Shown here piece after piece: positions 36,401-51,306 of a DNA stretch of 64,000 nucleotides. Source of the stretch: Antedon mediterranea (Eukaryota > Animalia > Echinodermata); assembly GCF_964355755.1 (NCBI RefSeq), contig NC_092671.1, forward strand, positions 21,469,317 to 21,533,316. The letters are read 5' to 3'. The notes under the pieces were generated by a model. The model saw nothing but the letters and a program-made list of their open reading frames with translations, had not been told where the DNA came from and did not search any database. The translations under genes were made by a program, and so were the position numbers. Position 1 is the stretch's first letter. Every line of letters begins with the position of its first letter.

Positions 36401-39400
36401 ACTTGGTTACGCAAAAACATCAAAGTGCTTAAAATCACATTATAAACCGTTTTAGACCATTTTGAGCATATCGATAACACTTTTCACACAAAAACATCAA
36501 AGAGCACAATATAGCTTAATATCTTATTTAAAAACGTTTTAGACCATTTTGAGCATTTCGACAAAACTTTTTCACACAAAACACCAAAGTGCTTAGAATA
36601 GCTTCAAATCGCATTTGGAGACGTTTTAGACCATTTTGTGATTTTCGAAAAAACTTGTTAACATAAAAACATCAAAGTGCTAAGAATAGCTTCAAATCGC
36701 ATTTGGAGACATTTTAGACCAATTAGTGATTTTCGAAAAAACTTGGTTACATAAAAACATCAAAGTGGTTAAAATCACATTATAAACCGTTTTAGACCAT
36801 TTTGAGCATTTCGATAACACTTTTCACACAAAAACATCAAAGTGCTTAGAATAGCTTCAAATCGCATTTGGAGACGTTTTAGACCATTTTGTGATTTTCG
36901 AAAAAAACTTTTTAACATAAAAACACCAAACTTCTAAGAATAGCTTCAAATCGCATATGGAGACAATTTAGACCATTTTGTGATTTTCGAAAAAACTTGT
37001 TAACATAAAAACACCAAAGTGCTAAGAATAGCTTCAAATCGCATATGGAGACAATTTAGACCATTTTGTGATTTTCGAAAAAACTTGTTAACATAAAAAC
37101 ACCAAAGTGCTTAGAATACCTTCAAATCGCATTTGGAGACGTTTAAGACCATTTTGTGATTTTCGAAAAAACTTGTTAACATAAAAACACCAAAGTGCTT
37201 AGAATAGCTTCAAATCGCATTTGGAGACGTTTTAGACCAATTTGTGATTTTCGAAAAAACTTGGTTACACAAAAACATCAAAGTGGATAAAAGCACATTA
37301 TAAACCGTTTTAGACCATTTTGAGCATTTCGATAACACATTTCACACAAAAACATCAAAGAGCACAAAATAGCTTAATATCGTATTTAAAAACGTTTTAA
37401 ACCATTTTGAGCATTTCGACAAAACTTTTTCACACAAAACACCAAAGTGTTTAGAAAAGCTTCAAATCGCATTTGGAGACGTTTTAGACCATTTTGTGAT
37501 TTTCGAAAAAACTTGTTAACACAAAAACACCAAAGTGATTAGAATAGCTTCAAATCGCATTTGGAGACGTTTTAGACCATTTTGTGATTTTCGAAAAAAC
37601 TTGTTAACATAAAAACACCAAAGTGATTAGAATAGCTTCAAATCGCATTTGGAGACGTTTTAGACCATTTTGTGCATTTCGATGAAACTTGGTTACGCAA
37701 AAACATCAAAGTAATAATCACATTATAAACAGTTTTAGACCATTTTGAGCATATCGATAAAACTTTTTACACAAAACACCAAAGTGCTTAGAATAGCTTC
37801 AAATCGCATTTGGAGACGTTTTAGACCATTTTGTGATTTTCGACAAAACTTTTTCACACAAAACACCAAAGTGCTTAGAATACCTTCAAATCGCATTTGG
37901 AGACGTTTTAGACCATTTTGTGATTTTCGAAAAAACTTGTTAACATAAAAACATCAAAGTGTACAGATTAGCTTCAAATCGCATTTGGAGACGTTTTAGA
38001 CCATTTTGTGATTTTCGAAAAAACTTGTTAACATAAAAACACCAAAGTGCTTAGAATAGCTTCAAATCGCATTAGGAGACGTTTTAGACCATTTTGTTAT
38101 TTTCGAATAAACTTGTTAACATAAAAACACCAAAATGTTTAGAATAGCTTCAAATCGCATTTGGAGACGTTTTAGACCATTTTGTGATTTTCGAAAAAAC
38201 TTGTTAACATAAAAACACCAAAGTGCTTAGAATACCTTCAAATCGCATTTGGAGACGTTTTAGACCATTTTGTGATTTTCCAAAAAACTTGTTAACATAA
38301 AAACATCAAAGTGTACAGAATAGCTTCAAATCGCATTTGGAGACGTTTTAGACCATTTTGTGATTTTCGAAAAAACTTGTTAACATAAAAACACCAAAGT
38401 GCTTAGAATAGCTTCAAATCGCATTAGGAGACGTTTTAGACCATTTTGTGATTTTCGAAAAAACTTGTTAACATAAAAACACCAAAGTGCTTAGAATAGC
38501 TTCAAATCGCATTTGGAGACGTTTTAGACCATTTTGTGATTTTCGAAAAAACTTGTTAACATAAAAACACCAAAATGTTTAGAATAGCTTCAAATCACAT
38601 TTGGAGACGTTTTAGACCATTTTGTGATTTTCGAAAAACTTGTTAACACAAAAACACCAAAGTGATTAGAATAGCTTCAAATCGCATTTGGAGACGTTTT
38701 AGACCAATTTGTGCATTTCGATGAAACTTGGTTACGCAAAAACATCAAAGTGCTTAAAATCACATTATAAACCGTTTTAGACCATTTTGAGCATATCGAT
38801 AACACTTTTCACACAAAAACATCAAAGAGCACAATATAGCTTAATATCTTATTTAAAAACGTTTTAGACCATTTTGAGCATTTCGACAAAACTTTTTCAC
38901 ACAAAACACCAAAGTGCTTAGAATAGCTTCAAATCGCATTTGGAGACGTTTTAGACCATTTTGTGATTTTCGAAAAAACTTTTTAACATAAAAACACCAA
39001 ACTGCTAAGAATAGCTTCAAATCGCATATGGAGACAATTTAGACCATTTTGTGATTTTCGAAAAAACTTGTTAACATAAAAACACCAAAGTGCTTAGAAT
39101 ACCTTCAAATCGCATTTGGAGACATTTTAGACCATTTTGTGATTTTCGAAAAAACTTGTTAACATAAAAACATCAAAGTGCTAAGAATAGCTTCCAATCG
39201 CATTTGTAGACGTTTTAGACCATTTTGTGATTTTCGAAAACAACTTGTTAACATAAAAACACCAAAGTGCTTAGAATAGCTTCAAATCGCATTTGGAGAC
39301 GTTTTAGACCATTTTGTGATTTTCGAAAAAACTTGTTAACATAAAAACATCAAAGTGCTAAGAATAGCTTCAAATCGAATTTGGAGACATTTTAGACCAA

Positions 39401-40751
39401 TTAGTGATTTTCGAAAAAACTTGGTTACACAAAAACATCAAAGTGGTTAAAATCACATTATAAACCGTTTTAGACCATTTTGAGCATTTCGATAACACTT
39501 TTCACACAAAAACATCAAAGTGCTTAGAATAGCTTCAAATCGCATTTGGAGACGTTTTAGACCATTTTGTGATTTTCGAAAAAAACTTTTTAACATAAAA
39601 ACACCAAACTGCTAAGAATAGCTTCAAATCGCATATGGAGACAATTTAGACCATTTTGTGATTTTCGAAAAAACTTGTTAACATAAAAACACCAAAGTGC
39701 TTAGAATACCTTCAAATCGCATTTGGAGACATTTTAGACCATTTTGTGATTTTCGAAAAAACTTGTTAACATAAAAACATCAAAGTGCTAAGAATAGCTT
39801 CCAATCGCATTTGGAGACGTTTTAGACCATTTTGTGATTTTCGAAAAAACTTGTTAACATAAAAACACCAAAGTGATTAGAATAGCTTCAAATCGCATTT
39901 GGAGACGTTTTAGACCATTTTGTGCATTTCGATGAAACTTGGTTACGCAAAAACATCAAAGTGCTTAAAATCACATTATAAACCGTTTTAGACCATTTTG
40001 AGCATATCGATAACACTTTTTACACAAAACACCAAAGTGCTTAGAATAGCTTCAAATCGCATTTGGAGACGTTTTAGACCATTTTGTGATTTTCGACAAA
40101 ACTTTTTCACACAAAACACCAAAGTGCTTAGAATACCTTCAAATCGCATTTGGAGACGTTTTAGACCATTTTGTGATTTTCGAAAAAACTTGTTAACATA
40201 AAAACATCAAAGTGTACAGAATAGCTTCAAATCGCATTTGGAGACGTTTTAGACCATTTTGTGATTTTCGAAAAAACTTGTTAACATAAAAACACCAAAG
40301 TGCTTAGAATAGCTTCAAATCGCATTTGGAGACGTTTTAGACCATTTTGTGATTTTCGAAAAAACTTGTTAACATAAAAACACCAAAGTGCTTAGAATAG
40401 CTTCAAATCGCATTAGGAGACGTTTTAGACCATTTTGTGATTTTCGAAAAAACTTGTTAACATAAAAACACCAAAGTGCTTAGAATAGCTTCAAATCGCA
40501 TTTGGAGACGTTTTAGACCATTTTGTGATTTTCGAAAAAACTTGTTAACATAAAAAAAACAAAGTTCTTAAAATAGCTTCAAATCGCATTTGGAGACGTT
40601 TTAGACCATTTTGTGATTTTCGAAAAAACCTGTTAACATAAAAACACCAAAGTGTTTAGAAAAGCTTCAAATCGCATTTGGAGACGTTTTAGACCATTTT
40701 GGGATTTTCGAAAAAACTTGTTAACATAAAAACACCAAAGTGCTTAGAATA

Positions 40752-40828
40752 TGGCCGAGCGGTTAAGGCAGGGGCGCCGTTTATCGTACCTAAAGAGCCA
40801 ACAACAACATCGGCAAGGGTTCGAGGCC
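40752..40828 (+). promoter_or_regulatory. Pol III A box (40752-40762) and B box (40818-40828)
   Basis: Same motifs as copy 1. Confidence 0.85.
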
Positions 40829-41104
40829 GACTCGCTCCTAGTTCTGGTGGTGGAACAAGTCTTCTCGGATAAGGACTATAAACCGTAGGTCCAGTGTACA
40901 CAGTTATAACATGTGTGTACTTTAAAGAACCCAGTTCATTATTCGAAAAAGAGTAGGGGGTTACCCCGGTGAACTGGTTCACACAATAGCCTCTGTATCA
41001 GGGGGATTACCACCTATCTGATAGGACAGTGATTAATTCACTATTGGTAATCCTTGGCCACAGTGCCTAAAGACATAAAATAAAATAAAAATAAATAAAT
41101 AAAT
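40752..41104 (+). mobile_element. tRNA-derived Deu/Nin-like SINE, copy 3
   Basis: Identical by eye to copies 1 and 2; offset +36,915 from copy 1. Confidence 0.92.
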
Positions 41105-44100
41105 AATAGCTTCAAATCGCATTTGGAGACGTTTTAGACCATTTTGTAATTTTCAAAAAAACTTGTTAACATAAAAACACCAAAGTTCTTAGAATAGCTT
41201 CAAATCGCATTTGGAGACGTTTTAGACCATTTTGTGCATTTCGATGAAACTTGGTTACACAAAAACATCAAAGTGCTTAAAATCACATTATAAACCGTTT
41301 TAGACCATTTGAGCATTTCGATAACACTTTTCACACAAAAACATCAAAGTTCACAATATAGCTTAATATCCTATTTAAAAACGTTTTAGACCATTTTGAG
41401 CATTTCGACAAAACTTTTTCACACAAAACACCAAAGTGCTTAGAATACCTTCAAATCGCATTTGGAGACGTTTTAGACAATTTTGTGATTTTCGAAAAAA
41501 CTTGTTAACATAAAAACACCAAAGTTTACAGAATAGCTTCAAATCGCATTTGGAGACGTTTTAGACAATTTTGTGATTTTCGAAAAAACTTGTTAACATA
41601 AAAACACCAAAGTGCTTAGAATAGCTTCAAATCGCATTGGGAGACGTTTTAGACCATTTTGTGATTTTCGAAAAAACTTGTTAACATAAAAACACCAAAG
41701 TGCTTAGAATAGCTTCAAATCGCATTTGGAGACGTTTTAGACCATTTTGTGATTTTCGAAAAAACTTGTTAACATAAAAACGCCAAAGTTCTTAAAATAG
41801 CTTCAAATCGCATTTGGAGACGTTTTAGACCATTTTGTGATTTTCGAAAAAACTTGTTAACATAAAAACACCAAAGTGTTTAGAAAAGCTTCAAATCGCA
41901 TTTGGAGACGTTTTAGACCATTTTGGGATTTTTGAAAAAACTTGTTAACATAAAAACACCAAAGTGCTTAGAATAGCTTCAAATCGCATTTGGAGACGTT
42001 TTAGACCATTTTGTAATTTTCAAAAAAACTTGTTAACATAAAAACACCAAAGTTCTTAGAATAGCTTCAAATCGCATTTGGAGACGTTTTAGACCATTTT
42101 GTGCATTTCGATAAAACTTGGTTACACAAAAACATCAAAGTGCTTAAAATCACGTTATAAACCGTTTTAGACCATTTGAGCATTTCGATAACACTTTTCA
42201 CACAAAAACATCAAAGGGCACAATATAGCTTAATATCCTATTTAAAAACGTTTTAGACCATTTTGAGCATTTCGACAAAACTTTTTCACACAAAACACCA
42301 AAGTGCTTAGAATACCTTCAAATCGCATTTGGAGACGTTTTAGACAATTTTGTGATTTTCGAAAAAACTTAACATAAAAACATCAAAGTTTACAGAATAG
42401 CTTCAAATCGCTTTTGGAGACGTTTTAGACAATTTTGTGATTTTCGAAAAAACTTGTTAACATAAAAACACCAAAGTGCTTAGAATAGCTTCAAATCGCA
42501 TTGGGAGACGTTTTAGACCATTTTGTGATTTTCGAAAAAACTTGTTAACATAAAAACATCAAAGTGTACAGAATAGCTTCAAATCGCATTTGGAGACGTT
42601 TTAGACCATTTTGTGATTTTCGAAAAAACTTGTTAACATAAAAACACCAAAGTGCTTAGAATAGCTTCAAATCGCATTTGGAGACGTTTTAAACCATTTT
42701 GTGATTTTCGAAAAAACTTGTTAACATAAAAACACCAAAATGTTTAGAATAGCTTCAAATCGCATTTGGAGACGTTTTAGACCATTTTGTGATTTTCGAA
42801 AAAACTTGTTAACACAAAAACACCAAAGTGATTAGAATAGCTTCAAATCGCATTTGGAGACGTTTTAGACCATTTTGTGATTTTCGAAAAAACTTGTTAA
42901 CATAAAAACACCAAAGTGATTAGAATAGCTTCAAATCGCATTTGGAGACGTTTTAGACCATTTTGTGCATTTCGATGAAACTTGGTTACGCAAAAACATC
43001 AAAGTGCTTAAAATCACATTATAAACCGTTTTAGACCATTTTGAGCATATCGATAACACTTTTTACACAAAACACCAAAGTGCTTAGAATAGCTTCAAAT
43101 CGCATTTGGAGACGTTTTAGACCATTTTGTGATTTTCGACAAAACTTTTTCACACAAAACACCAAAGTGCTTAGAATACCTTCAAATCGCATTTGGAGAC
43201 GTTTTAGACCATTTTGTGATTTTCGAAAAAACTTGTTAACATAAAAACATCAAAATGTTTAGAATAGCTTCAAATCACATTTGGAGACGTTTTAGACCAT
43301 TTTGTGATTTTCGAAAAAACTTGTTAACACAAAAACACCAAAGTGATTAGAATAGCTTCAAATCGCATTTGGAGACGTTTTAGACCAATTTGTGCATTTC
43401 GATGAAACTTGGTTACGCAAAAACATCAAAGTGCTTAAAATCACATTATAAACCGTTTTAGACCATTTTGAGCATATCGATAACACTTTTCACACAAAAA
43501 CATCAAAGAGCACAATATAGCTTAATATCTTATTTAAAAACGTTTTAGACCATTTTGAGCATTTCGACAAAACTTTTTCACACAAAACACCAAAGTGCTT
43601 AGAATAGCTTCAAATCGCATTTGGAGACGTTTTAGACCATTTTGTGATTTTCGAAAAAACTTGTTAACATAAAAACATCAAAGTGCTAAGAATAGCTTCA
43701 AATCGCATTTGGAGACATTTTAGACCAATTAGTGATTTTCGAAAAAACTTGGTTACACAAAAACATCAAAGTGGTTAAAATCACATTATAAACCGTTTTA
43801 GACCATTTTGAGCATTTCGATAACACTTTTCACACAAAAACATCAAAGTGCTTAGAATAGCTTCAAATCGCATTTGGAGACGTTTTAGACCATTTTGTGA
43901 TTTTCGAAAAAAACTTTTTAACATAAAAACACCAAACTTCTAAGAATAGCTTCAAATCGCATATGGAGACAATTTAGACCATTTTGTGATTTTCGAAAAA
44001 ACTTGTTAACATAAAAACACCAAAGTGCTAAGAATAGCTTCAAATCGCATATGGAGACAATTTAGACCATTTTGTGATTTTCGAAAAAACTTGTTAACAT

Positions 44101-47100
44101 AAAAACACCAAAGTGCTTAGAATACCTTCAAATCGCATTTGGAGACGTTTAAGACCATTTTGTGATTTTCGAAAAAACTTGTTAACATAAAAACACCAAA
44201 GTGCTTAGAATAGCTTCAAATCGCATTTGGAGACGTTTTAGACCAATTTGTGATTTTCGAAAAAACTTGGTTACACAAAAACATCAAAGTGGATAAAAGC
44301 ACATTATAAACCGTTTTAGACCATTTTGAGCATTTCGATAACACATTTCACACAAAAACATCAAAGAGCACAAAATAGCTTAATATCGTATTTAAAAACG
44401 TTTTAAACCATTTTGAGCATTTCGACAAAACTTTTTCACACAAAACACCAAAGTGTTTAGAAAAGCTTCAAATCGCATTTGGAGACGTTTTAGACCATTT
44501 TGGGATTTTCGAAAAAACTTGTTAACATAAAAACACCAAAGTGCTTAGAATAGCTTCAAATCGCATTTGAAGACGTTTTAGACCATTTTGTAATTTTCGA
44601 AAAAACTTGTTAACATAAAAACACCAAAATGTTTAGAATAGCTTCAAATCGCATTTGGAGACGTTTTAGACCATTTTGTGATTTTCGAAAAAACTTGTTA
44701 ACACAAAAACACCAAAGTGATTAGAATAGCTTCAAATCGCATTTGGAGACGTTTTAGACCATTTTGTGATTTTCGAAAAAACTTGTTAACATAAAAACAC
44801 CAAAGTGATTAGAATAGCTTCAAATCGCATTTGGAGACGTTTTAGACCATTTTGTGCATTTCGATGAAACTTGGTTACGCAAAAACATCAAAGTAATAAT
44901 CACATTATAAACAGTTTTAGACCATTTTGAGCATATCGATAAAACTTTTTACACAAAACACCAAAGTGCTTAGAATAGCTTCAAATCGCATTTGGAGACG
45001 TTTTAGACCATTTTGTGATTTTCGACAAAACTTTTTCACACAAAACACCAAAGTGCTTAGAATACCTTCAAATCGCATTTGGAGACGTTTTAGACCATTT
45101 TGTGATTTTCGAAAAAACTTGTTAACATAAAAACATCAAAGTGTACAGATTAGCTTCAAATCGCATTTGGAGACGTTTTAGACCATTTTGTGATTTTCGA
45201 AAAAACTTGTTAACATAAAAACACCAAAGTGCTTAGAATAGCTTCAAATCGCATTAGGAGACGTTTTAGACCATTTTGTTATTTTCGAAAAAACTTGTTA
45301 ACATAAAAACACCAAAATGTTTAGAATAGCTTCAAATCGCATTTGGAGACGTTTTAGACCATTTTGTGATTTTCGAAAAAACTTGTTAACATAAAAACAC
45401 CAAAGTGCTTAGAATACCTTCAAATCGCATTTGGAGACGTTTTAGACCATTTTGTGATTTTCCAAAAAACTTGTTAACATAAAAACATCAAAGTGTACAG
45501 AATAGCTTCAAATCGCATTTGGAGACGTTTTAGACCATTTTGTGATTTTCGAAAAAACTTGTTAACATAAAAACACCAAAGTGCTTAGAATAGCTTCAAA
45601 TCGCATTAGGAGACGTTTTAGACCATTTTGTGATTTTCGAAAAAACTTGTTAACATAAAAACACCAAAGTGCTTAGAATAGCTTCAAATCGCATTTGGAG
45701 ACGTTTTAGACCATTTTGTGATTTTCGAAAAAACTTGTTAACATAAAAACACCAAAATGTTTAGAATAGCTTCAAATCACATTTGGAGACGTTTTAGACC
45801 ATTTTGTGATTTTCGAAAAAACTTGTTAACACAAAAACACCAAAGTGATTAGAATAGCTTCAAATCGCATTTGGAGACGTTTTAGACCAATTTGTGCATT
45901 TCGATGAAACTTGGTTACGCAAAAACATCAAAGTGCTTAAAATCACATTATAAACCGTTTTAGACCATTTTGAGCATATCGATAACACTTTTCACACAAA
46001 AACATCAAAGAGCACAATATAGCTTAATATCTTATTTAAAAACGTTTTAGACCATTTTGAGCATTTCGACAAAACTTTTTCACACAAAACACCAAAGTGC
46101 TTAGAATAGCTTCAAATCGCATTTGGAGACGTTTTAGACCATTTTGTGATTTTCGAAAAAACTTTTTCACACAAAACACCAAAGTGCTTAGAATACCTTC
46201 AAATCGCATTTGGAGACGTTTTAGACCATTTTGTGATTTTCGAAAAAACTTGTTAACATAAAAACATCAAAGTGTACAGAATAGCTTCAAATCGCATTTG
46301 GAGACGTTTTAGACCATTTTGTGATTTTCGAAAAAACTTGTTAACATAAAAACACCAAAGTGCTTAGAATAGCTTCAAATCGCATTAGGAGACGTTTTAG
46401 ACCATTTTGTGATTTTCGAAAAAACTTGTTAACACAAAAACACCAAAGTGCTTAGAATAGCTTCAAATCGCATTTGGAGACGTTTTAGACCATTTTGTGA
46501 TTTTCGAAAAAACTTGTTAATATAAAAACACCAAAGTACTTAGAATAGCTTCAAATCGCATTTGGAGACGTTTTAAACCATTTTGTGATTTTCGAAAAAA
46601 CTTGTTAACATAAAAACACCAAAATGTTTAGAATAGCTTCAAATCGCATTTGGAGACGTTTTAGACCATTTTGTGATTTTCGAAAAAACTTGTTAACACA
46701 AAAACACCAAAGTGATTAGAATAGCTTCAAATCGCATTTGGAGACGTTTTAGACCATTTTGTGCATTTCGATGAAACTTGGTTACGGAAAAACATCAAAG
46801 TGCTTAAAATCACATTATAAACCGTTTTAGACCATTTTGAGCATTTCGATAACACATTTCACACAAAAACATCAAAGAGCACAAAATAGCTTAATATCGT
46901 ATTTAAAAACGTTTTAAACCATTTTGAGCATTTCGACAAAACTTTTTCACACAAAACACCAAAGTGTTTAGAAAAGCTTCAAATCGCATTTGGAGACGTT
47001 TTAGACCATTTTGGGATTTTCGAAAAAACTTGTTAACATAAAAACACCAAAGTGCTTAGAATACCTTCAAATCGCATTTGGAGACGTTTTAGACCATTTT

Positions 47101-50100
47101 GTGATTTTCGAAAAAACTTGTTAACATAAAAACACCAAAATGTTTAGAATAGCTTCAAATTGCATTTGGAGACGTTTTAGACCATTTTGTGATTTTCGAA
47201 AAAACTTGTTAACACAAAAACACCAAAGTGATTAGAATAGCTTCAAATCGCATTTGGAGACGTTTTAGACCATTTTGTGATTTTCGAAAAAACTTGTTAA
47301 CATAAAAACACCAAAGTGATTAGAATAGCTTCAAATCGCATTTGGAGACGTTTTAGACCATTTTGTGCATTTCGATGAAACTTGGTTACGCAAAAACATC
47401 AATGTGCTTAAAATCACATTATAAACCGTTTTAGACCATTTTGAGCATATCCATAAAACTTTTTACACAAAACACCAAAGTGCTTAGAATAGCTTCAAAT
47501 CGCATTTGGAGACGTTTTAGACCATTTTGTGATTTTCGACAAAACTTTTTCACACAAAACACCAAAGTGCTTAGAATACCTTCAAATCGCATTTGGAGAC
47601 GTTTTAGACCATTTTGTGATTTTCGAAAAAACTTGTTAACATAAAAACATCAAAGTGTACAGAATAGCATCAAATCGCATTTGGAGACGTTTTAGACCAT
47701 TTTGTGATTTTCGAAAAAACTTGTTAACATAAAAACACCAAAGTGCTTAGAATAGCTTCAAATCGCATTAGGAGACGTTTTAGACCATTTTGTGATTTTC
47801 GAAAAAACTTGTTAACATAAAAACACCAAAGTGCTTAGAATAGCTTCAAATCGCATTTGGAGACGTTTTAGACCATTTTGTGATTTTCGAAAAAACTTGT
47901 TAACATAAAAACACCAAAATGTTTAGAATAGCTTCAAATCGCATTTGGAGACGTTTTAGACCATTTTGTGATTTTCGAAAAAACTTGTTAACACAAAAAC
48001 ACCAAAGTGATTAGAATAGCTTCAAATCGCATTTGGAGACGTTTTAGACCATTTTGTGCATTTCGATGAAACTTGGTTACGCAAAAACATCAAAGTGCTT
48101 AAAATCACATTATAAACCGTTTTAGACCATTTTTAGCATATCGATAACACTTTTCACACAAAAACATCAAAGAGCACAATATAGCTTAATATCGTATTTA
48201 AAAACGTTTTAGACCATTTTGAGCATTTCGACAAAACTTTTTCACACAAAACACCAAAGTGCTTAGAATAGCTTCAAATCGCATTTGGAGACGTTTTAGA
48301 CCATTTTGTGATTTTCGAAAAAACTTGTTAACATAAAAACATCAAAGGGCTAAGAATAGCTTCAAATCGCATTTGGAGACATTTTAGACCAATTAGTGAT
48401 TTTCGAAAAAACTTGGTTACACAAAAACATCAAAGTGGTTAAAATCACATTATAAACCGTTTTAGACCATTTTGAGCATTTCGATAACACTTTTTACACA
48501 AAAACATCAAAGTGCTTAGAATAGCTTCAAATCGCATTTGGAGACGTTTTAGACCATTTTGTGATTTTCGAAAAAAACTTTTTAACATAAAAACACCAAA
48601 CTGCTAAGAATAGCTTCAAATCGCATATGGAGACAATTTAGACCATTTTGTGATTTTCGAAAAAACTTGTTAACATAAAAACACCAAAGTGCTTAGCATA
48701 CCTTCAAATCGCATTTGGAGACATTTTAGACCATTTTGTGATTTTCGAAAAAACTTGTTAACATAAAAACATCAAAGTGCTAAGAATAGCTTCCAATCGC
48801 ATTTGGAGACGTTTTAGACCATTTTGTGATTTTCGAAAACAACTTGTTAACATAAAAACACCAAAGTGCTTAGAATAGCTTCAAATCGCATTTGGAGACG
48901 TTTTAGACCAATTTGTGATTTTCGAAAAAACTTGGTTACACAAAAACATCAAAGTGGATAAAATCACATTATAAACCGTTTTAGACCATTTTGAGCATAT
49001 CGATAACACTTTTCACACAAAAACATCAAAGACCACAATATAGCTTAATATCGTATTTAAAAACGTTTTAGACCATTTTGAGCATTTCGACAAAACTTTT
49101 TCACACAAAACACCAAAGTGCTTAGAATAGCTTCAAATCGCATTTGGAGACGTTTTAGACCATTTTGTGATTTTCGAAAAAACTTGTTAACATAAAAACA
49201 TCAAAGTGCTAAGAATAGCTTCAAATCGAATTTGGAGACATTTTAGACCAATTAGTGATTTTCGAAAAAACTTGGTTACACAAAAACATCAAAGTGGTTA
49301 AAATCACATTATAAACCGTTTTAGACCATTTTGAGCATTTCGATAACACTTTTCACACAAAAACATCAAAGTGCTTAGAATAGCTTCAAATCGCATTTGG
49401 AGACGTTTTAGACCATTTTGTGATTTTCGAAAAAAACTTTTTAACATAAAAACACCAAACTGCTAAGAATAGCTTCAAATCGCATATGGAGACAATTTAG
49501 ACCATTTTGTGATTTTCGAAAAAACTTGTTAACATAAAAACACCAAAGTGCTTAGAATACCTTCAAATCGCATTTGGAGACATTTTAGACCATTTTGTGA
49601 TTTTCGAAAAAACTTGTTAACATAAAAACATCAAAGTGCTAAGAATAGCTTCCAATCGCATTTGGAGACGTTTTAGACTATTTTGTGATTTTCGAAAACA
49701 ACTTGTTAACATAAAAACACCAAAGTGCTTAGAATAGCTTCAAATCGCATTTGGAGACGTTTTAGACCAATTTGTGATTTTCGAAAAAACTTGGTTACAC
49801 AAAAACATCAAAGTGGATAAAATCACATTATAAACCGTTTTAGACCATTTTGAGCATTTCGATAACACATATCACACAAAAACATCAAAGAGCACAAAAT
49901 AGCTTAATATCGTATTTAAAAACGTTTTAAACCATTTTGAGCATTTCGACAAAACTTTTTCACACAAAACACCAAAGTGTACAGAATAGCTTCAAATCGC
50001 ATTTGGAGACGTTTTAGACCATTTTGTGATTTTCGAAAAAACTTGTTAATATAAAAACACCAAAGTACTTAGAATAGCTTCAAATCGCATTTGGAGACGT

Positions 50101-50765
50101 TGTAGACCATTTTGTGATTTTCGAAAAAACTTGTTAACATAAAAACACCAAAGTTTACAGAATAGCTTCAAATCGCATTTGGAGACGTTTTAGACAATTT
50201 TGTGCATTTCGATGAAACTTGGTTACACAAAAACATCAAAGTGCTTAAAATCACATTATAAACCGTTTTAGACCATTTGAGCATTTCCATAACACTTTTC
50301 ACACAAAAACATCAAAGGGCACAATATAGCTTAATATCCTATTTAAAAACGTTTTAGACCATTTTGAGCATTTCGACAAAACTTTTTCACACAAAACACC
50401 AAAGTGCTTAGAATACCTTCAAATCGCATTTGGAGACGTTTTAGACCATTTTGTGATTTTCGAAAAAACTTAACATAAAAACATCAAAGTTTACAGAATA
50501 GCTTCAAATCGCATTTGGAGACGTTTTAAACCATTTTGTGATTTTCGAAAAAACTTGTTAACATAAAAACACCAAAATGTTTAGAATAGCTTCAAATCGC
50601 ATTTGGAGACGTTTTAGACCATTTTGTGATTTTCGAAAAAACTTGTTAACACAAAAACACCAAAGTGATTAGAATAGCTTCAAATCGCATTTGGAGACGT
50701 TTTAGACCATTTTGTGATTTTCGAAAAAACTTGTTAACATAAAAACACCAAAGTGATTAGAATAG

Positions 50766-51306
50766 CTTCAAATCGCATTTGGAGACGTTTTAGACCATTT
50801 TGTGCATTTCGATGAAACTTGGTTACGCAAAAACATCAAAGTGCTTAAAATCACATTATAAACCGTTTTAGACCATTTTGAGCATATCGATAACACTTTT
50901 TACACAAAACGCTAAAGTGCTTAGAATAGCTTCAAATCGCATTTGGAGACGTTTTAGACCATTTTGTGATTTTCGACAAAACTTTTTCACACAAAACACC
51001 AAAGTGCTTAGAATACCTTCAAATCGCATTTGGAGACGTTTTAGACCATTTTGTGCATTTCGATGAAACTTGGTTACGCAAAAACATCAAAGTGCTTAAA
51101 ATCACATTATAAACCGTTTTAGACCATTTTGAGCATATCGATAACACTTTTTACACAAAACGCTAAAGTGCTTAGAATAGCTTCAAATCGCATTTGGAGA
51201 CGTTTTAGACCATTTTGTGATTTTCGACAAAACTTTTTCACACAAAACACCAAAGTGCTTAGAATACCTTCAAATCGCATTTGGAGACGTTTTAGACCAT
51301 TTTGTG
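50766..51306 (+). repeat. 251-bp tandem duplication inside HOR copy 3
   Basis: ORF-track pair 50878/51129; ACGCTAAAG in both halves. Confidence 0.85.

Larger units (their letters stand above)
22554..40751 (+). repeat. Higher-order repeat copy 2 (18,198 bp)
   Basis: It is 519 bp shorter than copy 1. Landmark offsets account for this exactly as 341+176+1+1. Confidence 0.95.
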
